Assembly (NCBI GenBank): GCA_964595645.1
Contig: CAZQQT010000002.1
Location: forward strand, 32,001 to 96,000
DNA from: an uncultured Thermococci archaeon
Lineage (GTDB): Archaea; Methanobacteriota_B; Thermococci; Methanofastidiosales; B48-G16
Length of the DNA stretch: 64,000 nucleotides
Reading direction: 5' to 3'
Both the position numbers and the translations under genes were made by a program. Each line of letters opens with the position of its first letter. The stretch's first letter is position 1. This document shows positions 30,328-41,233 of the stretch, in pieces. The notes beneath the pieces are model-generated. The model was not told the DNA's origin and did no database searches. It worked only from the letters and a program-made list of their open reading frames with translations.

Positions 30328-31728
30328 TCAAATTTTTCCCTCTCTTTTTAGCTTGTTTATCCCTGCACTGATCAATGATTTTTCTCCCTTTCTTTTTAAA
30401 TTGCTTACAAAATTAAGTAGGTCATTCTTATATCTATCGGCCAATCTAGGTTTTTCTTTCACAATGTTTTCCATTTCTTTCGGATCGCTTCCTAAGTCAT
30501 AAAGTTCTTCTCTTCCACCGTGGATCTTACCACAATATCTACAAAATGCCTTTTCGTCAGACTTTGAATAAATATACTTATGAGTTTTTGTACGTATGCA
30601 CATTTTTTTCTCTGTGTACGCTTCTTCTGCAAATATAAAGTCTCTAATTTTTTCTTTCCTTTTGATTAGGGGAAGCAAAGAAATTCCATCGACATTATTA
30701 CTTTTTCGTAGTCCCAGTATCTCCAAAATAGTTGGAAAAATATCCACGTGCTGGACGAATTCCTCTATTTCCATAGGATCAAATTTTTTTGGGCAAGAAA
30801 AAATCAAAGGTACCTTAATGCTTTCATCATAGAGCCCGTGGTGATCAAAATAAATACCATGTTCTGTCAGGCTTTCTCCATGATCTGAGGTTAGTATCAT
30901 AAGTGTATCATCAAAAATGTTGCAATTTTTTAGAGTTACCATTATTTCTTCGATTTTTTTGTCTATATACTTAATACACCCATCATATCTGGCCAACATT
31001 TCTGTAGTACTCTCTATTTCTTCTGTAAATTTTTTTAAGCGTTTTTTCCATTCACCATCTATTTCTTTTAGGATTTCATTTATATTGCGCTGTTCACGAT
31101 ATTTCGCTTTCAAAAAATTTCTAAAAAATTTTTTTGGAGGAGTATATGGAATGTGAGTATCCCAGTAATGGATAAAAAGAAAAAATGGATTTTCTCTGGT
31201 AGAGTGTTCCTTTATTTTGTTTATGGCAATCTTAGTATACATTTCCCCTAATTTTCTTCTTTTAGGAAAAATTTTTTTGTAGATTCTTCTTTCTATTTCC
31301 TTTAGAATTTGGGGTGATTTTTTATATACATTTTTGATAAAAGTCGAAAGGGTCTTTTCCTTGGGTAAATATTCCTTATAACCTTTTTTATGCCATCTAT
31401 TCAAAAAATCGATTCCTATTGTCTCGTATCCCTTTCTCTTGAGAATTTCTTGTAATAATACTGCTCCAGATCTTTCAAAAGTATTTATATGTTCCTTCCT
31501 TACTTTCTCTCCGTGAGTTTTTATACCGTGTGTGGAAGGATATTCTCCTGACAATATTGAAGTTATAGAAGAATCAGTTGCATTGGTAGTAGAAAAAGCA
31601 TTTTTAAAAAGAACTCCATTTTTAGCAAGTTCATCTATATTAGAACTCGTTGCTTTATCATATCCATAACAACCTAAATTTTTAGACCTTAAAGCATCTA
31701 TAATTATAATAATAATGTTCGGTCTCAT
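30328..31728 (-). CDS. Sulfatase-like AlkP protein lacking CxPxR
   Basis: IIDALR, NATDSSI, HYWDTHIPY, SDHGE, FDHHGLY. Confidence 0.88.
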   Translation of the reverse strand: MRPNIIIIIIDALRSKNLGCYGYDKATSSNIDELAKNGVLFKNAFSTTNATDSSITSILSGEYPSTHGIKTHGEKVRKEHINTFERSGAVLLQEILKRKGYETIGIDFLNRWHKKGYKEYLPKEKTLSTFIKNVYKKSPQILKEIERRIYKKIFPKRRKLGEMYTKIAINKIKEHSTRENPFFLFIHYWDTHIPYTPPKKFFRNFLKAKYREQRNINEILKEIDGEWKKRLKKFTEEIESTTEMLARYDGCIKYIDKKIEEIMVTLKNCNIFDDTLMILTSDHGESLTEHGIYFDHHGLYDESIKVPLIFSCPKKFDPMEIEEFVQHVDIFPTILEILGLRKSNNVDGISLLPLIKRKEKIRDFIFAEEAYTEKKMCIRTKTHKYIYSKSDEKAFCRYCGKIHGGREELYDLGSDPKEMENIVKEKPRLADRYKNDLLNFVSNLKRKGEKSLISAGINKLKREGKI

Positions 31729-31819
31729 TTTTTTTACCTCTAAAATCTACACCTACATGTTTTTCTGTTAGATTTAAATATATTTCTAACTTCAAATTTT
31801 AAATTAAAATGGAAACAAT

Positions 31820-32752
31820 TTAATTAAATCTCAGATTATCATTGTTTATTTTATTTCTAAACAAAAAATTAATTCCGTCAAGAACACCACTTAGATACAT
31901 TTTAATTCCTTTTGAGTTCTCTATATTGATGAGGTGATATATCAATCTGAAGGTAAATTGCCCAAACATATATTCTAGAAGTTTTAATCCTGTTAATCTT
32001 TTCGCTGCGAATATAATTCCATTTCTCGCTTTTAAATAAGCTTGAAGATTACTTATTTGATCACTCCCTATAGTTCCAGCTGTTGCAGATTTTTTATGAT
32101 AAATAATAGAATTAGGCACGACTCTTATACCATATCCTCTTCTCTTGGTCCTCAAAGAAAAATCGACATCTTCACAATAGGCGAAGTACGTCGGATCTAA
32201 CATTCCAACCTTTTTTATCACTTCTGTCCGTATTAGCATCGCACAACCACTCGCAAACTCTGGTTCAAGAGGAGAGGTATAATTTTCTGAATTTTTACCC
32301 TTTCCTATGTTTTTAAAGAGGCCTAAGGGATATAGTATTTTTCCCCCCATTGAATGTATTTTATCAGACTTATAGTATAAAATTTTCGGATTTAATATTC
32401 CAACATTAGAATGGATCTCTGCGTATTCAATAAGCACATTTAAAAAACTAGCCTTTACCACTGTGTCATTATTGAGAAGAAGAACATAATCAGCATTTTC
32501 TTCCATTGCTAACTTTATGCCTTGATTGTTGGCTTTACAATATCCCAAATTCTTTTTATTTTCAATAACACTCACAGATTTGAAATTTTTAGAAATATAA
32601 GTTGATTCATCTTTTTCCGATCCGTTATCTACCACTACTATTTTATAATTTTCATATCCTAGCCTTTGGAGCGAATAAAGGCATTCTATTGTATCTTCTA
32701 ATCCATTCCAATTGAGAATTATTACATACACCAATGGATCTTTATTTTCCAT
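31820..32752 (-). CDS. GT2 glycosyltransferase (rhamnosyltransferase-like)
   Basis: ILNWN, VDNGS, LLNND, YCEDVD. Confidence 0.9.
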   Translation of the reverse strand: MENKDPLVYVIILNWNGLEDTIECLYSLQRLGYENYKIVVVDNGSEKDESTYISKNFKSVSVIENKKNLGYCKANNQGIKLAMEENADYVLLLNNDTVVKASFLNVLIEYAEIHSNVGILNPKILYYKSDKIHSMGGKILYPLGLFKNIGKGKNSENYTSPLEPEFASGCAMLIRTEVIKKVGMLDPTYFAYCEDVDFSLRTKRRGYGIRVVPNSIIYHKKSATAGTIGSDQISNLQAYLKARNGIIFAAKRLTGLKLLEYMFGQFTFRLIYHLINIENSKGIKMYLSGVLDGINFLFRNKINNDNLRFN

Positions 32753-32789
32753 AATGAAACTCCTTTTTCTCTTTATATCATGATTTTTA

Positions 32790-34313
32790 TCATTTTTCTA
32801 GCACTTCTTGAAGAACTTTCCCATCCATATCTTTTGGTGGTTCAATATTCATGAGAGAAAGGATAGTAGGCGCTAAATCAATAATTTCAACGTTTTTTAC
32901 TACATTTCCCCTTTTTATTCCATTGCCATATATAATGAATGTACCATAGAGCCTATGTTCTCCCGATTTCAATGTCTTAGGATCAGAAAAAATGTTTCCC
33001 GACGGAAACGCAAATGTCATAGAACTTGCATAAGAGAAGTTCTTCATCGAAAAGCTTATATCAGGTAAAAGATTTGTTTTTTTCCCTTTGTATATATCTT
33101 CTTTAAACCAGATCTCATCCACTACTTTTTCATCAGTTTCAGGATCTTTTAGTTCTTGAAGCTGTTCATTTATTTCCTTTCTTACCAAATCATGCTCATT
33201 TTTATTTTTAGTAATTTTAAGATTCTCTTTATTCAAAAATATTGAGCCATAATATCCAAATGAGTATGCCTTTGTTTTTTTCCAGTTTATATCCTTCCAT
33301 GTATAACTTGTAGCATCCAAAACTTTTTTCTTTAGATCAAAAGGCAATATATCCGATAATTTAGCTCCACCTATCTTTAAAGCAATTTTTATCAATCTAT
33401 CAGTATCTATTCCGAGAGAAATTAAAATTTTTTTCATTTTGGCAGAGTGCGATGTTTTTATTTTAAGATACTCTTTTTGTTTTAACCATTCATTGATATT
33501 CACATCTTTAAGATACTTTCCAAACCCGTGATCGGACATGATAATTATCACTGTTTCTTCTGGCATATAATCCATCATTCTTCCTAAAATACCATCTATT
33601 TTTGAATAGACATTGTATATAGCACTAGAAAACGTTTCATGGTCTTCGTACTGAGGGTGTGTCTCGTCCATGTATTTCCAGTACCAATGTTGCATATGGT
33701 CTGCCCCCATGAAAGTTACCATAAAAAAATCCCAATTTTCTTTTTTGTAGAGGTATTCAGCTATATTTCCGTGAAGATCAGTTAATTCTAATATATCGTT
33801 CATATAAGATTCTCTATCTTTATTTCTATCGCTGTATCTTGTTTTTTCTGTCAGTCGAAATCTAGGAAATTTTTTTATAAGCTCATTCTTCAATTTCACT
33901 GGATATGTAAAATTATTTTCAAGGGAAGGAGTCATAAACCCAGAGATTAGATATCCATTAACTTTTTCTGGGGGATATGTAAAAGGAACGTTCATTACAC
34001 AGCATTTTTTTCCATGATCGGACAAAATTTTCCAGATGGCTTTCTCTGTTCTGTGCTCTCCCCAATTAATATCTAGCTCATATTTTTCATTAAGTTTATA
34101 AAAACTAAATTGACCGTGTTTTCCAGGATTTTTTCCTGTCATGAAAGAAGACCACGCACAGGGAGTAAGAGGGGGAATGGTAGATTTCATTTTCCCCCAC
34201 GATCCCTCCTTTAGAAGCTTTTGAAAATGAGGAAGTTTATCTCTCTCAGTCCATCTTCGGATTAACTCTAACTCTGCACCATCTATACCTAAAATGAATA
34301 CTTTTCTTTTCAT
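32790..34313 (-). CDS. AlkP-superfamily protein (NPP-like)
   Basis: ILGIDG, STIPPLTPCAW..TGKNPGKHG, DHMQH, SDHGF, SGEHR. Confidence 0.88.
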   Translation of the reverse strand: MKRKVFILGIDGAELELIRRWTERDKLPHFQKLLKEGSWGKMKSTIPPLTPCAWSSFMTGKNPGKHGQFSFYKLNEKYELDINWGEHRTEKAIWKILSDHGKKCCVMNVPFTYPPEKVNGYLISGFMTPSLENNFTYPVKLKNELIKKFPRFRLTEKTRYSDRNKDRESYMNDILELTDLHGNIAEYLYKKENWDFFMVTFMGADHMQHWYWKYMDETHPQYEDHETFSSAIYNVYSKIDGILGRMMDYMPEETVIIIMSDHGFGKYLKDVNINEWLKQKEYLKIKTSHSAKMKKILISLGIDTDRLIKIALKIGGAKLSDILPFDLKKKVLDATSYTWKDINWKKTKAYSFGYYGSIFLNKENLKITKNKNEHDLVRKEINEQLQELKDPETDEKVVDEIWFKEDIYKGKKTNLLPDISFSMKNFSYASSMTFAFPSGNIFSDPKTLKSGEHRLYGTFIIYGNGIKRGNVVKNVEIIDLAPTILSLMNIEPPKDMDGKVLQEVLEK

Positions 34314-34340
34314 TTAATTTCACTCTTACATTTGCGTTGA

Positions 34341-35894
34341 TCAAACTGTATTTCGAATATGACTATTTATCTTCAACTTATAAAAAGGAAATTCTTCTAT
34401 ATCTATTAACGTAATATCATGTTTAACAAGTTCTTTAGTTAAATTTTCCAGATTTTCAGAAAAATATATAGTATATCCGTCTTTTTTCAATAAATTTATT
34501 ACCCTGAGAAGTTCATCAATATCTCTTTTTCCGTTCTCAAAATCTTGACAAAGAAAAATAGGCCTTGCATCTATTATGATTTTATCACTCATTTTTACCA
34601 AAAATACACTTTTTTCATGTGTATTTTTTATCTTCAATTTCGTTTCTTGGGCTTCATTCATATAAGTTTTAATGTCTACTATCCCTCTAGTACCTGTATC
34701 GAAAGAGAATAAAAAAATAAATACTATTAAAACAGTAATTAGTGGTATTCTTATATACTTTCTTTTTTTAAATAAATAATAGAAGGCATAAGAAGTTCCT
34801 ATTACTAGTAAAACATGTATAGGAAGAAAATACCTCGAATAAGAGGATTGAATAGCGGTAGTACCAAATCCACAACCACCAGATGTTCTACCATGGATTA
34901 AAAATAGATATACGCTCAATAAGATGAGACTTAATATCCATAACCTTAGATATTTTCTCTTTAGGACGATACTAAAAATACCTAACACACCAATCGAGGA
35001 GATAATTGGACAGTATTTTAAAAAATATGTAGTAAAGTTTGTCATCATTGGTTCTAATCGGATTTTTGGGATCATGAACGTTTTTGCCAAGCTTTTTTCA
35101 TGTGACAAACTGAAGTTTGTGGTTCTCCCCGTTTCTACAAAAGAACCAAATATTTCTCTATAAATACCTAAATAAAGGAGTACTAAAAGGAAAACTGTTG
35201 CGCTAATCACGATCACTGCTTTATAATTTAAAAATTTTTTGAAATGGACCAATGTTGGAAAGAGAAAGGACAGACCTGCAATTATAAGAGGCGTTCGTAT
35301 CACTACCGTAAGAGTAAAAAATACCATGCTTAGTACTAAATATCTTAATTTATTATCTTTTAGAAATCTATTAAAACAGAAGAGAGCGCCAAACCAGAAA
35401 GATATAGCGGGGATGATGTCCATGTGCACTTGGGAATACAACATGTAGGAAGGGAAGATTCCTAACAATAATGTTCCAATTATACCAATTTTTTCTGTAA
35501 AAAGGTCTTTTAGAAACATATAGAAGAACACCAATCCCATAAAAGAAATCATAGGGATTAAGAACATATTAAACGAAAAAATGAATGATAGAGATGACAA
35601 AATAGAGAAATATACAGAATATTTTGTTATATATGTATTTTTCCGAGTTTCTAACATCCCTCTAGGATGAAAATACGATGTAGCATACTTTTCATTCAAT
35701 TCCGAACTCCAGAAAATTTCACCGTTTTGTTCTATGTTTTTTGCTGTAAAAATTAAGCTACTCTCATCGGGATTAAAGGAAACGGAGTTGTCCATATTTA
35801 AAGGCGAACGAATTGTTGTATAGAAAAATAGTGTATATATTATTACAATACTGAAGAAAAGTATCCTTTGGTCAATTTTCAAGTTCTTAAACAT
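34341..35894 (-). CDS. Multi-pass GT-C-like membrane glycosyltransferase
   Basis: PDE in first loop, ~11 TM, late RYFLP. Confidence 0.65.
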   Translation of the reverse strand: MFKNLKIDQRILFFSIVIIYTLFFYTTIRSPLNMDNSVSFNPDESSLIFTAKNIEQNGEIFWSSELNEKYATSYFHPRGMLETRKNTYITKYSVYFSILSSLSFIFSFNMFLIPMISFMGLVFFYMFLKDLFTEKIGIIGTLLLGIFPSYMLYSQVHMDIIPAISFWFGALFCFNRFLKDNKLRYLVLSMVFFTLTVVIRTPLIIAGLSFLFPTLVHFKKFLNYKAVIVISATVFLLVLLYLGIYREIFGSFVETGRTTNFSLSHEKSLAKTFMIPKIRLEPMMTNFTTYFLKYCPIISSIGVLGIFSIVLKRKYLRLWILSLILLSVYLFLIHGRTSGGCGFGTTAIQSSYSRYFLPIHVLLVIGTSYAFYYLFKKRKYIRIPLITVLIVFIFLFSFDTGTRGIVDIKTYMNEAQETKLKIKNTHEKSVFLVKMSDKIIIDARPIFLCQDFENGKRDIDELLRVINLLKKDGYTIYFSENLENLTKELVKHDITLIDIEEFPFYKLKINSHIRNTV

Positions 35895-36993
35895 TACCCC
35901 TCACCTTTTCCAATATTCTAACAATTTCATTAGCGGGACTGCAATTTTTAGCTCTCTTGAGAATTTTTTCAGCTTCATATCCTTCATAATTCTTAACAAA
36001 ATAAATTATTTTTTTCTTATTAAATCCCGCTAAAAAAATGTTGGAATGAACTGTTCGCTCAGTATACTCTCTCAATACACAACAAGGGACACCTAGATAA
36101 TAACTTTCTTCTTGCGGTCCCCCCCCATCTGTTATAAGACAAACAGAATTATTTAAAAACCTGACAAATGAGAAATAATCTAGGATATCCATAATTTTTA
36201 TATTATTCTTCTGTTCCAGTAAATGAAGCAAGTTAAAAGATTTTAGTTTTACTTTTGTAGATTCATGTAGAGGAAATATAATTAATTTATCTTTTGATAT
36301 TTCATTTAATACAGAGATAATGGATTCCATTCTTTTTTTTGATGAAATGGTTTCAAAACGGTGAATAGAAACTAATATATATTCTCTTGAAGGTGGGACA
36401 AGACCTTTTTTACTTGATATAGCTATTTTAACTGCATTAAAAAGAGTATTTAAACTAGTATCGTAAACTTTTCCGTTTATTTTTTCCTTTAATAAGTTTT
36501 GATAACCATTATTAATACCATCTGTAAATAAGTAATCAGAACTCCTATCAACTATTTTTCTTATTAGTTCCTCTGGAAATGGTTGAAATATATTATGAGA
36601 GCGTAGTCCAGCTTCTACATGTGCTATTCTAAGCTTGTCCAATTTTCCAAGAATAAGGCCAAGTAAAGCTGGCGGAGCATCTCCATGAACCAAGAGGATG
36701 TTAGTATCTTCATTGCCCTTTTTAAATATATTATACTTCTTGAGAAGACCGTATTTACAAATATTTTTGTTCATCCACCATATAACTTCTTTAACGTTTG
36801 TTATATTTTTTCCAACACCTTCTAAAGTAAAATCTGGATCTTTTAGAGCGAATAATTTAGATATTTCATCTAGAATTTTTGTATGTTGATTAGCATTAAT
36901 AAAATTATACTCTATCTCTCTTTTATCCATCTCTTTCATTATAGGAGCCATTTTTATAAGTTGTCCTTTCGTCCCTATTAATATATTAATCAT
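35887..36993 (-). CDS. wecB: UDP-GlcNAc 2-epimerase (divergent)
   Basis: GTKGQLIKMAP, VHGD, HVEAGLRS, PFPEE, TDGGGPQEE. Confidence 0.85.
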   Translation of the reverse strand: MINILIGTKGQLIKMAPIMKEMDKREIEYNFINANQHTKILDEISKLFALKDPDFTLEGVGKNITNVKEVIWWMNKNICKYGLLKKYNIFKKGNEDTNILLVHGDAPPALLGLILGKLDKLRIAHVEAGLRSHNIFQPFPEELIRKIVDRSSDYLFTDGINNGYQNLLKEKINGKVYDTSLNTLFNAVKIAISSKKGLVPPSREYILVSIHRFETISSKKRMESIISVLNEISKDKLIIFPLHESTKVKLKSFNLLHLLEQKNNIKIMDILDYFSFVRFLNNSVCLITDGGGPQEESYYLGVPCCVLREYTERTVHSNIFLAGFNKKKIIYFVKNYEGYEAEKILKRAKNCSPANEIVRILEKVRGNV

Positions 36994-37234
36994 CTTTTCT
37001 ACCTGTTATAACTTTACTCAAACTGAACCTAGTAATTTATACTTTAGCCAATGTATATATTGGTACAGTAATAAGTTTCTGTCAAGTTAACCTATATTGG
37101 GAGATCTCCTCAATTTCACTTATCTTACCTATATCTACCACTCCAAATATTACTATTAAGAACCTGAATGTCTTCATGTGTAATACTGTCCGATCTTTTT
37201 CCATTTTTTTTACTCCTACAATCATATTTTCAAA

Positions 37235-38112
37235 TTATTTATTGCAATACATTTCTATGAAGTACCCTATTAAGTTTAAAAAATATTGTATAAAAAAGAG
37301 AAGTAATATCATTGGAAAATATTTTGTAGACGAAGATTCACTTATGATGCATTTAAAAGATTTTAAGCGTCCTTCTATATGTTTTTTCTTTAAGTTCTTT
37401 GATTTCTCAAATTCATATGCTGATTTTCCTCTCCTAATTTGCCATTCAATGAATTCTTTTATACTGTCTCTACATTCATGATAGACTGTAGCATGATCTA
37501 TATATCTTATTTTTATAGATTTTTCTTTTAATCTTTCAGCTAACTCAATATCTTCTGTTCCAAACTTTAAATCTTCACTAAAATACCCAATTTCTTTAAT
37601 AAAGATCCTCTAATAGCAAAATTTCCAGTACATAAATGGGAGGTGTACCCATTTTCATCTACCTTCCACATGGTTTTAAATCCTATATACCCCCCTCCGG
37701 GAAATCCAAGATAACTAATAGAATCTGCCAAATAACCTTGGCCCAAAGGTATTCTAACTCCGGCAGTTGTAACTAATTCCTTTTTTTCAATTATTGGAAG
37801 AGTAAGATTTCTGAGCCAGTGTTTGTTAATAGGTTCTTCATCGTCATCTATGAAAACAATAATTTCCCCTTCGCTATGTCTAATACCTACATTTCTATAG
37901 TAAGAAATCCCTTTCCCCTTTGGTTTATAGTATATTTTTATTCTTTTGTTTTTCAGTAAATTTTCCTTTAATGGATTTTGAGTTACCAATACTATTTCAT
38001 ATTCGTAGTTAATTTTTTGGGCCAATAGCTTTTCAATCAGTTTGTACAATGTTGATCTACCTAAGGTAATAATAACAACTGATATTTTGCAATGGGCCTT
38101 GTCATCGCTCAT
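37235..38112 (-). pseudogene. Frameshifted GT2 glycosyltransferase
   Basis: N-half with FIDDD stops at 37567; adjacent frame continues KEIGYFSEDLKFGTEDIELAERL...WQIRRG to stop at 37235. Confidence 0.8.
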
Positions 38113-38197
38113 GAATTTATCACCTTTAATTGGCAATTTACTCAATTGACACATTATGGTTCTCTATTAATTTTCACTTTTAATATATCTCTATTAT

Positions 38198-38479
38198 TCA
38201 TTTTCTTTGTATTTTCATATAAACTAGGCCTATAGCTATCCCTATCAACGCCGATGTAATTAAAGTTACATTTATGAGTGTTATTTGTATCTCAAAAATC
38301 CAATGAACCCAGAAAACAACTAATGGTACAATTGCTACAGACATCCCTATAGATAACGCCATTCTTTCTATCGCCTCTATCTCTCCTTTGTCAAAAAATA
38401 CGTAACTCCACACAAGTCCAGGAAGAAACAATACAAACATTAAACCAAAAATCATTTTTAATATTTCATCAATTCCCAT
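38198..38479 (-). CDS. DUF1616-like small membrane protein
   Basis: FVLFLPG..F..EI..IERMALSIGMS. Confidence 0.75.
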   Translation of the reverse strand: MGIDEILKMIFGLMFVLFLPGLVWSYVFFDKGEIEAIERMALSIGMSVAIVPLVVFWVHWIFEIQITLINVTLITSALIGIAIGLVYMKIQRK

Positions 38480-39414
38480 TATTTTCTCCCTTTTAACTTA
38501 TATAAAATCTCTTCTTGGAGCTCACGGTGAGTTCTTAACATATCTGCGAGCAGCCCGAAGATCATAAACTGCACTCCTACAAAGATGAAGAGAAGAGTGA
38601 GTAGTCCTCTTCCAGTATATCCTGCGAATGTACCTTTAATAAGATAATTCCTGAGAACCGCAAATCCTGGGATAAAACTGAGAAAGATAAATACAATACC
38701 CAATCCTGTGAAAACTTTTACTGGATTGTAGTCTCTATATGTCCTAAGGATTGTAACGGCGGCATTTTTAGCGTAGTGAAACACATTTGGTATTAGTCGC
38801 GATTTTCCTTCTCGTTTGCGGAAAGTCACTGGTACTTCTTTGATTTTGAGATTTTTGTGTGCCGCTTGGATGATTGTCTCCTGTACATACGTGTACCCTC
38901 CAAGAATATTTATTTTCAACGCTGCTTCCCGGGAAAATGCGCGGAATCCTGTTTGAGCATCTTTCACCGGATATCCTGCTACTCTTCGGGTGATCCATGT
39001 GGCAATTTTGTTTCCCTGCCTTTTTTGCCATGGCATGTGATCGAGTTCATTGATTTGTCTAGTTCCCAACACGATATCTGCCGTTCCATTGAGGATTGGA
39101 GCAATAAGCAGTGGCATTTCATGGGGATCATACTGCCCATCAGCATCAATATTGACAAAAATATCCGCATTCATTCCCAATGCTTCACTCATTCCTCTTT
39201 TGAACGTTTGTGCCAGCCCAAGGTTCTTTTTGTTGGAGAATACGTGATCTGCTCCTGCTAGTTTCGCCTGTTCCACAGTGTTATCGTTGGAACCGTCATC
39301 TATTACTATCACCTGAATCTCATCTATTCCTTCTATACTTTGAGGTATTTCCTCTATCACAGTACCAATATTCTGTTCCTCGTTGTACGCGGGAATCATT
39401 ATAACTAGTTTCAT
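38479..39414 (-). CDS. GT2 polyprenol-phosphate glycosyltransferase (DPM1-like, 2 C-terminal TM)
   Basis: IPAYNEE, DDGSND, DADGQY, DAQTGFRA. Confidence 0.9.
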   Translation of the reverse strand: MKLVIMIPAYNEEQNIGTVIEEIPQSIEGIDEIQVIVIDDGSNDNTVEQAKLAGADHVFSNKKNLGLAQTFKRGMSEALGMNADIFVNIDADGQYDPHEMPLLIAPILNGTADIVLGTRQINELDHMPWQKRQGNKIATWITRRVAGYPVKDAQTGFRAFSREAALKINILGGYTYVQETIIQAAHKNLKIKEVPVTFRKREGKSRLIPNVFHYAKNAAVTILRTYRDYNPVKVFTGLGIVFIFLSFIPGFAVLRNYLIKGTFAGYTGRGLLTLLFIFVGVQFMIFGLLADMLRTHRELQEEILYKLKGRK

Positions 39415-39478
39415 TATACCGCCTTGGCTATATAGTTTCTCTGAATATTTTTCTACAGTATAAATATAAAAACTTTCC

Positions 39479-41233
39479 TTATTTCTTTTCTTTTATCTTC
39501 CATACTCTATGACCATCTGAAGAGAAAACAAGTTCGAATCTCTCTGCATCATGAGCGATGGTTGCAAAAATTTCTTCGTATCTTCCCTTTTCTGGAGAAT
39601 CATATACGTACTGAGCACTTATATCCGTAAACATGGTGTAATAATACGTTGAACTTTCATGAAGCGGTAGCCCCTTTTTAATCTTGGCTTTAAAATTTCT
39701 CCATTTGAAGGGCATCACAGTATTTTCTCCGTACCATGAGAGCACACCGTTATACTCTCCTACTACCACTGTATCTCTCACTCCTCTATGTATAATATCA
39801 AATTCATTAGGCCATTTTTTCCCCGGCGTTTCTATATAGAGAGGATTCAATGAATCCATCTCCAGTTCTGATGGGATCGGTTCGCCACTTTCTGTGGCTG
39901 CTCCAAAAATAACGAAAATTAATGCTATCAGGAACAAGAATTGTGTCATTATCTCCTTCTCTTTGAAAATTTTATTCCAGAGCTTCGAGATTTCTATTCC
40001 TGCGAACAATGCGAATACCCCATAGAATGATGCGAAGTATCGTACGTGAAAATGGCCAAAGGCAGATAAAAATATAAAAAAATACGTGACAAAGGAAAAA
40101 AGAACAAAATTCGCAAAAAGATCCTTTCTATTTCTTATAAAGTATACTACTACAAATATCAGCGCAGGGAAGAGAACAAAGAACCTCAATGTCACTGAAA
40201 ATATCGTTAAATCTTCTATATTCGTTGGGATGGTCCATGCCATATTGAATCTTACTATCTCATAAATTTCGCCCTTAAATAAACCTGAAAGTAGCGGAGG
40301 GAATGGGTTCCCATAGTATACAAGATTTTTTAAATACCAGAAAGCCGCTGGTATGAAAAGTGGCAATCTATACATTGTTTTTGTAGCATATCTTTTATAC
40401 AAGAGCAACAAAACTATTAGAAGTGCTATCACGCCGCCACTATACTTTGTGAGCATGCACAGACAGCAGGAGATGAAAAGGAGTGTCAGGGTAAACTCTT
40501 CTTTCTTTTTCAAATATCTATACAATAGATAGAAAGAGAGTGTAGAAAAAAAGATCAATGGTCCCTCCTGGAGTAGCATGGTAGTGTGCACGATCCCTAT
40601 GGACATCACGAAAGAGATAAGTACAAAATATTTTGTTTCTTCTTTGTTAGAATACTCTTTTGACCAGTATATCAATACGAAAAATGTTAACATCGTGTAA
40701 AAAATCGGTATTCCTACCGTTGTAGTATCAAAGAAATTGTTAAACATGCCAAATAACAACGCAATTTTCGTGTAGAGCAAGGGAGGATACGCAAACACGT
40801 ACCGGATATTGGAGAGATCATAGCGAGGAAGTTCTCCGTTCTCGACAATAGTTCTTCCATAATGGAGGTATGTGGAGAATGAGTCCGGCCAGAAAGGAGG
40901 GAACCTATTTTTTACTATAAAAAGTACGAATACAAAAAGCACAGCTAGGAGCATATATTCTTTTTTCATGTTTTTGGGCGGGATCTTCATTCTATATCTC
41001 AATAGATATCCAGATACCAGAATTGCGATAAGCGTTACTACTAGAATTATCTCCGCATTAAAATAGAAAAGAGAAAAAATTTCCAAAAAAGAACACAGAA
41101 TAAATTCAGAGATGAGTATCGATGTCACTATACTCATAAATTCAATTTTTTTACCGAATGTCACTATATGAAACAACACAGGAAAAAAGATCATTGCTGC
41201 CAGACTAAAAAATATATATTGTGGATGTATCAT
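39479..41233 (-). CDS. Multi-pass GT-C-like membrane protein
   Basis: Many TM, PDSFSTYL, YPPL, LTKYSG, YGNPFPP, VRYF. Confidence 0.65.
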   Translation of the reverse strand: MIHPQYIFFSLAAMIFFPVLFHIVTFGKKIEFMSIVTSILISEFILCSFLEIFSLFYFNAEIILVVTLIAILVSGYLLRYRMKIPPKNMKKEYMLLAVLFVFVLFIVKNRFPPFWPDSFSTYLHYGRTIVENGELPRYDLSNIRYVFAYPPLLYTKIALLFGMFNNFFDTTTVGIPIFYTMLTFFVLIYWSKEYSNKEETKYFVLISFVMSIGIVHTTMLLQEGPLIFFSTLSFYLLYRYLKKKEEFTLTLLFISCCLCMLTKYSGGVIALLIVLLLLYKRYATKTMYRLPLFIPAAFWYLKNLVYYGNPFPPLLSGLFKGEIYEIVRFNMAWTIPTNIEDLTIFSVTLRFFVLFPALIFVVVYFIRNRKDLFANFVLFSFVTYFFIFLSAFGHFHVRYFASFYGVFALFAGIEISKLWNKIFKEKEIMTQFLFLIALIFVIFGAATESGEPIPSELEMDSLNPLYIETPGKKWPNEFDIIHRGVRDTVVVGEYNGVLSWYGENTVMPFKWRNFKAKIKKGLPLHESSTYYYTMFTDISAQYVYDSPEKGRYEEIFATIAHDAERFELVFSSDGHRVWKIKEKK

